Below are positions 54,694 to 64,000 of a DNA stretch of 64,000 nucleotides, piece after piece. Both the position numbers and the translations under genes were made by a program. The first letter of the stretch is position 1. Every line of letters begins with the position of its first letter. This DNA comes from Malacoraja senta (Eukaryota): positions 11,534,001-11,598,000 of the forward strand of contig CM075989.1 of the NCBI GenBank assembly GCA_038087875.1, written 5' to 3'. Under the pieces are notes generated by a model. It was not told the origin of the DNA. It saw only the letters and a list, made by a program, of their open reading frames with translations, and made no database searches.

Positions 54694-56429
54694 CTGTAAA
54701 GACAATATTAGAATTTTAAACAATCACATTAATAAAAAAAATTAACTTGGCAAAAAGATCATGATCAAGCCAAAAGACAACTTCATTTGTAACAAGGTTT
54801 CTGAGACGAGGATGGTTGGCCAAGTTCACGCTTATCGTTGGTCGAACCATAGTTGATGAAAAGTGATGGGGGAGTGAGCTTTCCTGCACCACTCACTCCC
54901 ATGACTGGGATAATGACATGCCTTCAGTTGAGAGAGGAAATTCCAGAACATCGACCTCCATGTACAAAATACCAAAGAGCTAAAATGCCCTAGACAGAAT
55001 TCCGTGAAATGGTAGTGCTCTGTAAGATGACAAATGTTGGAGCAGTAGGGAGCTATAAAGCTATTCTTCAAACTGCTGGAGTCCCTGCGGTACATCATTC
55101 ATACTGCAGCCATTTGTATCATTGGTTCCAGCTTTGGTGTTTGGCCCAAAGAAAAACAATAAAAACACGAGACGTGGGTCACCTTGCCTGTCGAGGCTGC
55201 TCTTCCATTGGCCGACCTCCTACATGTGTCTTTTTTTGTACTATTCCTACATCCCTCCATTTTCTTCATACCTTGAAATCTGTCAATCCCTGGTCTGAAT
55301 AAACTTCATGACGTAGTCTCCACAGCCCTCCAGAAAGGAGAATTCCAATGATTCACTGCTGCCGGAAGAAATTTCTCATCTTTATTCTGAGATCACATCT
55401 CCTGATTCTAGAATCTTCAGCCAGTGGGAACAGCCACTCTCGATAAAAGATTCTCACTGTTTTCATTTACAGTGAGATTGCCTCTCATTCAAATGGCAAA
55501 TTGACCATCCTGGGACAAGTCAAATTAATCTTCACTGCACAACCTTTATGGCAAGTACATTCTTCTTTAGGCCCAAACTATTCATAACAGGAGTAGCCAC
55601 ACCATGAACCTCTACAATTGGAGTAGGATTCAAAGGCTCTTGTATATAGCTAATATACTATTTATCTTCCTAACTATTTGTTGCATCTGCATGTTGTTTT
55701 CGGTAATTTATATACAAGTCATTTGTGTATTTCCAAAGTATTCTTTTCCGTGCTCCAAATGGGATGATCACATTTTCCCACAACTATCTACTGTAATTTT
55801 GCCCACTCACTCAGTATGTCACGTAGCCTTGAAGTGTCTTCACTACTCAATCCCATCCTGTTTTGTTTCACCAATAAACCTGATATTTGGTTCCCTTAGT
55901 CAAACTATTAATGTAGATCATAAATAGCTGTGGCCCAAGTATCAATTCCTGTAGTATCCCACCAATCATTGTTTGCCAATGTGAGAAAGAAGTGTTCATT
56001 CCCACTCTGAAGAAGTGTCTTGACCCTGAAACGTCACCCATTCTTTCTCTCCAGAGATGCTGCCTGTCCCACTGAGTTACTCCAGCATTGTGTCAACTTT
56101 CATCCCCACTCATTGTTTTTAACCAATTCTCAACAATTATCCACAATTTCATGTGCCCCAACCTTATTGGCAAACCTATTAAGTGGGGCATCAAAGCTTT
56201 CTGAAAGTCCAAATACACCTAATCTATTGTACGAGTCAAACAAAGAAATTCAGTGTATTAGTCAACCATGATTTTCTTTTCATGAATGGAATTTGAAACT
56301 GCATAATTTTATTATTCTTTAGTGTTTTGCTACTGCATTTATTTAATTGATTCCAACATTTTCCTGCCAATATAAAATCTGAAAAGAAATAACCGCACTG
56401 AGGAAGGAGTTACAATTTTAAAGCCTTGT

Positions 56430-57050
56430 ATCATCAACTATTTGTCCTGGACCAACCACATTGAAGTTCTGGTTAACAAAGCAATGTCTCCAATTCAGAA
56501 GATTAAGGTTCAGCGGTACTTCAACAACTCATACCAATTTCTACAGATGCACTGTAGAAAGTGTCCTTTCAGAATGCATTACAGCTTGGTTTGGCAACAG
56601 ACCTCAAGAACTCCCTCCTCAGTACATCTCAAAAGCCAGCCTCCACCTATTGACTCCACACCTACACTTCGTGCTGCCTCAGGAAAGCAGCCAACATCAT
56701 CATCATGATTTTCTATCACATGTACCTGATGGAAAACACATACCATCAGATTCAGGAACAGGTTCTTCCCTGCAGCTACCAGACCACTGAACAGACCTCT
56801 TGAAAGCTAGGGTGTAATCCCAATCTTCCAACTATTTTATTGCCGACCTTGCACTATTCAAATATCTGCACTTCCTCTAATCGGAATGCTAAAATGCTGT
56901 AACACTATTTTCTGCACACTGATATTTTTTTCTCTGTACTACTTATGCATGGCTTGGTTGGACTCGTGTATAGAATGATTAGATTGGATAACATGCAAAC
57001 AAAGCTTTTCACTGCATCTCGGTTACACGTGAGAATAATAAACCAATAAC
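56430..57050 (+). mobile_element. Degraded Rex1/Babar-type LINE 3' fragment
   Basis: LSWTNHI, NFYRCTVESVLSECITAWFGN motifs; tail ending gagaataataaaccaat. Confidence 0.75.
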
Positions 57051-58143
57051 AATACCTTGAGAAAGTACCTCAGAACAGGAAACAGATTTCAACACACCAA
57101 TGGAAGAATATTTATAGCTTAGGAAGCAAAAGAAAGAAAAAGTTCAAAGAGAAGAAATGTTCCTTGCAACCTGCCAAACAATAGAAGGTATACTTTAATA
57201 GCCTTTCCAAGTTATGGGAGTGGCCTAGTCTTGAGCTCTTGAGTTGGAGGTTGTTGAGGGTGGGGTAGCTGGTAGAATGACATGACAACAAAAACTATTT
57301 TTGGAGGTAGCTTTAGGAACTCCCTCAAGAGCAGGCTGCACACCAAGCTAAAGATGGCAATAAATGAAACACTACTTAAACTGAATTCAGAAGTTAATAA
57401 CTATAGATTTTGTTAATAAACTGGCATTGCAAGTATTAAAGGAACACTAAAAAGCAGAGAAATAGGTGGTTTATTGTTCACGATAGTTTCTTTCCTAATT
57501 ATGAACATTTCACGAATCAAACTCACAATGAAGCTAAATCAGATGGACAAAGTTCAAAACAACATTAATAAAAGGTAGTTGGGCTGAAGTAGCCTTTAGA
57601 ACGATGATAGTGTATTTAATGTGATTTATATTTAATCAAAACCATTTGTGTCCTGCAGAGCAGAGTGCACGGTTGATTACAAGTATGCTCAAATTAAGGT
57701 ATTTTAAGTCAAATACACTTAGTGACAAACTATTTTCTCACTCAAAGCTTTGACCTCAATCAGTAAGTTGATGCAAATGTGACTGTGCACATCTACAGCT
57801 CTAAGGGGAACTAATTATTACAACATTCTCATCAACTTGAGGTGGAACTTCATTATAACATTTGATTACAAGTATCAGAATTGCATTCCCATTTCCTTGG
57901 AAAGGAATATTTTGCATATTGCATTAACATAATACAAATGCTGCATCACAAACTGGAATAATTCATTTCTCTGAAGCTTAATTATACACTCGAAAAATGA
58001 ACTTGAAAGAAATTGCATTATACTTATGAAATCTGGGGTTTCCATTATTACACACACAAAAATATTCAAACACATTTACCTGACAGGTAGAAGAATACTG
58101 GTTAGATTGTGCAAGGACATGACTTATTACATGTGTTTCTTAC

Positions 58144-58315
58144 TTAATAATTCCATATCGTTGTCCTGATGAGATTGCAGTTTGCTTCCATCAAGGTTAA
58201 CGACAGGTTTATTGTTCTTAACAATCTGTTGCAAATTCTCAGGATTTACTTTGGCTTTGTTGTAATCCCCGTCAGATTCCCGAACATCACGTGCTTCCTC
58301 CTTCTCCTCTCCAGG
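58144..58315 (-). CDS. GOLM2: GOLM2 coding exon, 172 nt (divergent lumenal region)
   Basis: ttctttgaatttgctgcatag|CCT GGA GAG...TTA TTA A|gtaaga. Open frame PGEEKEEARDVRESDGDYNKAKVNPENLQQIVKNNKPVVNLDGSKLQSHQDNDMELL. Phase 0 in, phase 1 out exactly bridges the flanking exons; homology itself is weak. Confidence 0.82.
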
Positions 58316-59694
58316 CTATGCAGCAAATTCAAAGAAAACGGTAGGTATAATTAGAGGCAAAGTAACATTGGCAAGCATTAGTAAACCACAAACACTTTCT
58401 CAGTTGAGAAACTTTCCTTGCCCACAGGATCAATTTCTTCTGTGCACTTTGTACTCTTGTGAAGGAAGAAACTGCCGATGCTGGTTTACACCAAAGATAG
58501 GCACAAAGTGATGGAGTAACTCAGCGGGTCAGGCAGCATCTCCAGAAAAAAGGAATGGGTGATATTTAGAGTAGAGACCCTTCTTCTGACTTCTTGTACC
58601 CGTTAAAGCGATTAATTCTGGAGACGAGACGTTTTAAATGTTATAGTGGCTCATTGCATTCCGCATAAGGAAGTCAGAATTACCGACTTCCAGTAGATCA
58701 AGTTGATTTTTCCTTCCCATCTTAACAAGTAGCATTGTTGTGCATTCACCCAGTGGACAGTCAGGAGACGCGAGATTCAGAAGCACAATAGGGCATTTAT
58801 AAGTATAGAATCAGTAAAGAGTCATCGCTGATCAATGAAAGCAATTACCATTAAGGATACGGAAAGAGGAATGAGATGCTCAATAACACTCGCTTTATCC
58901 ATCACCTGGTGCAATCACATATCCTCTGCTTTCATAACCAAAACCAATACTACAGTAGAGGTGATAAACTGCATAACAATGATTCAGAATTTTAATGATT
59001 CTGCATCTGATTCACTGGATAGTATTTGATATGTACCTTTTCCACTCACCAGAGCCCAATTCCTGAACTCCATTTCCACCAAATGGGCCCCAGTTCCTGC
59101 CCTACCTTTCTACCTGCCATGGCCACAATTATTACGCTGTTTCAATTTACTTGGTTCAGACAAATTTACCACACTGTGGAACATCTTTTTTTTTATTTTT
59201 TAAGTGAATTAAAAAAGTGTTACGGTATTAATATAAATACATCCAATAATCCAGAAAATCTGTCAATCCGGTACTAAAATCCCCAACATACCAGATTATC
59301 CAAGCAGAACTGTGGTTTCAGAGGCGACAGGAATATTAGGAACTTCTGCACCAACTCCAAAGGCTAACCATGCATGATGTAAGTTACAAGTAGTACTTTC
59401 CACACCAATGTTGGCTGACAGGAATTTTCAATGCAATATATATGTAGTCCCTATAAAAAGAACATTGCACCTCCAGTTTCCACCTTCAGGGGAAGGAAGG
59501 GTTTTAATTTGCATAACCTCTGACTTTGGGTCATAATGAGTTGGTATAATTGACTATAATCAATCCAATTTTTGGCAACTAAAATTTCAGGGTAGATGGT
59601 TAAGTGAATATAATTGCATCTATATACACGCACACACACCATTTGAACAGAACCAAAATAATGCTCCGCTAAATATTTCTCAAGATGAGCTTAC

Positions 59695-59812
59695 TTCATT
59701 TTGTTTGGGATCTTCTTGCCATTTTGGAGGTTGGTTGCGCACTCTCTCTAAAGTTTTGATTTTCTCTTCACATTGTTCCTTAAGTGCACTGATCTGCTGT
59801 CCACATTGCAGG
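59695..59812 (-). CDS. GOLM2: GOLM2 coding exon, 118 nt
   Basis: T-rich tract gcag|C CTG CAA TGT GGA CAG CAG...AAT GAA|gtaagc. (S)LQCGQQISALKEQCEEKIKTLERVRNQPPKWQEDPKQNE versus human [22 protein letters not shown]. Phase 2 in, phase 0 out, fitting both neighbours. Confidence 0.93.
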
Positions 59813-60688
59813 CTGCAAAAAAAATTCTCAAGGTATGTAAGCAGTACTTACAAAACACTAATTTGGATTTTGAAAATCTTTCACAGATTGCAAAGACATT
59901 TCAAATTGTTCCCAAATTCAACTAATAAAACTGTTAAAACAGGGCAAATTTTCTGGGGATGGAGGTTTAGGGGGAATTGGGCCAAACACAGGCAAATGCG
60001 ACGAGCATAGATGGGAAATGTTGTACAGCATTGAAGAGATGGGCTGAGGGGTCTGTTTACATGCTGTATGACTATCTCCTTCCAATGTTTAACATTTTAA
60101 AGGAACATTTTCACATTGGACTATTTATTTTATGGGTGTTACAGAATGTATAGATACACACTCCCCCTCCAATAAATAGTCTGTGGAGGCAGATTGGCCT
60201 GCAAGGCTAGCTTTTCCAGTTTTAAGCCAGATCTGACGAGGGAGTAGCTGCTCATACAAAAGATAAACATAAGTATTGGCCTGACGGTATGCATGGTTTG
60301 CCACGCAAGTATAATATTAATTGCAGGCATCTTTTACCTTTTAATAGCAATGTTAGCCTTAGTTTAATAGGAACATGGTATTCAGATCCCCTAATGCTCT
60401 TTGTTAATTTATTATAATGCATCGACTTGCCTGTTTTGTTGGCAAATTAAGAAACTGTGACCTCCAGGTTAAATAGCTTCTTCGAAGCAACCATCGGGTT
60501 ATACTGCACAACATTAGCCACTACCTCATCAATGATATATTACATGCTTTGGTTTTGTATTGTTATGGTATGGGTATTTAATATTACTGATTATTAATGC
60601 ATTTGATTATTAATGTATTTTATTATTGATTGTTGAATATTTATTTATTGTTATTTTAATAATTTGCCTGTAACGTTGCAGTTGGTAA

Positions 60689-60900
60689 AGGGCCTGTCCC
60701 ACTTTCACGACCTCTGCCGAGTTTGCCCTTGACATACTCGCAGCATGGTCGTCACAAGATCGTAGGTAGGTCGTAGCAGGCCGTGATGCTAGTCGTAGGT
60801 ACTCATGGCATCAAGTAGGTCGGGCGTTTTTCTAGCATGATGAAAAATGTCCACGAGTAAAAAAGGTCGTGAATTAGGTCGTGAAAGTGGGGCAGGGCCT
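60689..60900. mobile_element. PIF/Harbinger-like MITE
   Basis: TIRs agggcctgtcccactttcacgacct / aggtcgtgaaagtggggcagggcct, flanked by TAA and TTA, with internal ggtcgt repeats. Confidence 0.75.
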
Positions 60901-62619
60901 TTAGGATTTCATTGCTCTGTTGTCAGTACATATGACAATTAAATGCTCTTTCCACTCTAACACAAGAAACCTCCTTGCTATGATGTAACAAAATGACACT
61001 GCAGGCAATACACAAATCTCTCTATCTGGTTAGATGGAACAATCACATGCTCTACGTTTTATTGCAGCACTGCAGGCAATCTTGAATGCACAACTCCATA
61101 GCCAAAATGCAATAGTATTACTATAAATGTAGTACTATAAATAGTTTAGACTTGTGAAAATGATTAGCTGAGTTAACATAAAAAATAGTAATACTTCTTT
61201 GGGCATATGATTATCTATATAATTTCAGAAAATGCTGGAAACACAGCAAGTCAGGATTAATCTGTGGGTGGGGGGGGGGGGGGGGGAAGTGGGTGGAGGA
61301 GGGATGGATGGGACTAAAGGAATATCTTTGACAGGGTACAGCCAAGGTTTACCATGGTAATAAGTAGTCGTTTGGCTGCTACATTAATGAAGACAATTAA
61401 AAAGAGGGGGGGGGGGAAAGAACACAAAAGCTGTGAAATGTGATGGTGTAGCAAATGCCCAGCAGTTCAAATTATTCTATTGTTGAAAGGAAAATCTGAC
61501 CCAACTTTACAGATGGATGACCAATAGTATTCTAGCCAGCTCTGATACAGACAAAAAGCAAGGTACCCAAAGAAATCGATGTCGTCACATGCAACATGTG
61601 CAGACAGAAGAGATGCTATTCCTCAAGCTTACAGTAGGTTTCCTTATAATAGTGCATGAGATAGACAAATAGGTCAGCATGGAAGTGGGAAGGAAAATAG
61701 TTACACCAACTGGAAACTGAGGGGTTGTCCCTCCCTCAGCCTCTCTCCAACTTAACCAACTTGTTTTCACTTTTTCCCAATTTTGACAAAGGGTCCTCAA
61801 CCCAAAACATTAACTCAATTTCTTTTTCCACAGATGCTGTGGGATTTGCTGAGTGTTGCAGCCTTTTCTGGTTTTATTGTGTGTTTTTTTTTAAGCCACT
61901 GATGTTGCTGAGTAGACTCACAACATACACTAACTTGTCTTAGCAAATATGAGTCAGCGATTTACTCTTTCAACCAGACATTTCATTTTAAAGCATCTTT
62001 TATTTTTGACCATTTAACATTTAATAAATCAGTTGTATATTAGACAATTTAAATAAATGCATGCCAAAAAATTCACATGGCACTAAGATTGTTATTTGAC
62101 ATTCTACAATATGACACCGCACGACAATTGTCCAAAAATGCAGACGTTAAATGTCTTTGCACAGATCAACATTTTAATGCGGTCTAGCGGCTGTAATTGT
62201 GCAAAGAAAATGCGTGTCATCTTTATTTTATAAATATTCCAAGGTTGTGGTTTGCACTGAGAACTACCTCATCAATGTTATTGATTTATAATTTATATTT
62301 TCCACTGCTTTGAACGAATGACCCTTTGCTTCAATGTCTGAGATTACAGCATCAGTTGCTATGCAACCATTAGAACTGGCAGACTAAAGATGTTGAGAAT
62401 GGTAGATGATGCAGCAGCTGGCAGCTCTGAATGTATTCACATTAGACAATAATAGGTAATCTGGATAAATGCATTTCAAATCAGAAATCTGCTGTGGTGC
62501 AGACAAGACAGTTAATCACTTGGATAGTAATGCAACCCCAACTCTCTAGACTAACACCAAATGAAACAGGATGATGGCTAAAATGGGAAATACTGTAAAA
62601 CAAGTTACATTCATACAAT

Positions 62620-62992
62620 TTGTGGGAAAGAACTGCAGATGCTGCTTTGAATCGAAGGTAGATCACAAAATGCCGGAGTAACTCAGCAGGACAGGCAGCA
62701 TCTCTGGAGAGAAGTTTGTTTCGGTGATGAGTAATGTTTCGGGTCGAGACCCTTCTTCAGACTGATGTCGGGGAGGGCGGGACAGAGATAGAATGTAGTC
62801 AGACAGTAAGACTGGTGGGAGAACTGTGAGGGGAGGGGATGGAGAAAGAGGGAAAGCAAGGGCTATGTGAAGGTAGAGAAATCAATGTTCATACCGCTGG
62901 GGTGTAAGCTACCCAAGCGAAATATGAGGTACTGTTTGTTCAATTTGCGCTGGGCATCACTCTGACAATGGAGGAGGCCCAGGACAGAAAGC
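62620..62992 (-). mobile_element. Penelope-like terminal fragment with hammerhead motif
   Basis: Same family as 2930-3250; CTGAAGA-AGGGTCTCGACCC-GAAAC on minus at ~62735-62760. Confidence 0.82.
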
Positions 62993-63266
62993 TCATTCAA
63001 GTTTAATCCAGACAACTGCATCCTTCCATTTACCTTAGAAAGAACTAAAATCCAAGTTAAAAACTAGTTGCCAAGGGTCAAAGAACAAAGCATACAAGTC
63101 GATCTGCACGTTACATGTTAAACTATTTAATATATTAACACCAGTTTTCAGTGATACATTGTTTCACAAATTCTGGTCATTTATACTAAACATTGTTTTT
63201 GGACATAATTTTAATTTTGTATCCAAATCAAACTTATTTGATTAACAAATGTCACTAGCTTTCTGC

Positions 63267-63302
63267 CAAAGATACTAGAGGAGCGCTCCTCTAGTATCTT
63301 TG
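63267..63302. repeat. 36-bp perfect palindrome
   Basis: caaagatactagaggagc|gctcctctagtatctttg. Confidence 0.95.
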
Positions 63303-63880
63303 CTTTCAGAAGCCTTGCAATATTTACCGCAACATTCACATCAGCGTTCAAGTTCTTTCAGTTTAAACCATAAATTCACTATGGCACATCAAGCCCATGC
63401 CAGCTCTCAGCATAGCAATTCATCTAGTCATTACTCAACACTTTCCTGATATCATCCACATTATTTTCCTCAAATACCTATTTAATTATTTTTGAAAACC
63501 TGTATTGATCATTTTCAATGATGTCGTAAGCAGCAAGATTTTAACATCAATATTTTAAATAGTCTGTCCTTTGCTCGTGTCCGACAGTCCTACATACACC
63601 TGCTAATGGGTAATCCAAAGGCAAAACAATTACAGGTGCAGGAAATCTGAAATAACAAAATGCTAGAAACACCCGCAGTCAAACAGGTTTAAAGTTTCAG
63701 GCTAATGACCTTTCATCAGGTGAAATTTCATCAACCCAAAAACATTAACTATTCCTCTCTTCACAGATGCCGTCTGACATGATTTAAAGTAAAATTATAA
63801 CTAATAAGACAGCTCGATTTCAATTGTCAATTCCATCGCTATCAGTACAAAAGACAAAAGAGAGAATCATCAATATTTTA

Positions 63881-64000
<120 letters not shown>

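Overview
Vertebrate genomic DNA, almost certainly from a cartilaginous fish (skate/ray-type repeats: CR1, Penelope-like, HE1/V-SINE, Rex/Babar), with one 200-N assembly gap at 18539-18738. The right two thirds hold the 3' part of a minus-strand GOLM2 (CASC4) gene: eight coding exons read by hand (63984 down to the stop at 30767), all GT-AG with compatible phases, plus a long 3' UTR. A GOLM2-type first coding exon (cytoplasmic tail plus signal anchor) with its own CpG-island promoter lies at about 9.9-10.7 kb. It is on the same strand but downstream of that gene's 3' end and across the gap, so it is either a tandem paralog or a mis-ordered contig. Most of the remaining recognisable sequence is transposon-derived. 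The most notable non-coding signal is a 135-nt TSD-flanked SINE-like insert (20087-20221, minus) whose first 54 nt fold into a minimal HDV/CPEB3-like self-cleaving ribozyme. Also seen: many minimal hammerhead ribozyme motifs in Penelope-derived repeats, two non-autonomous Helitron copies, a Tc1 element, MITEs, a local ~450-bp duplication flanking one exon, and several perfect palindromes. Most ORFs in the supplied track are spurious or TE remnants.
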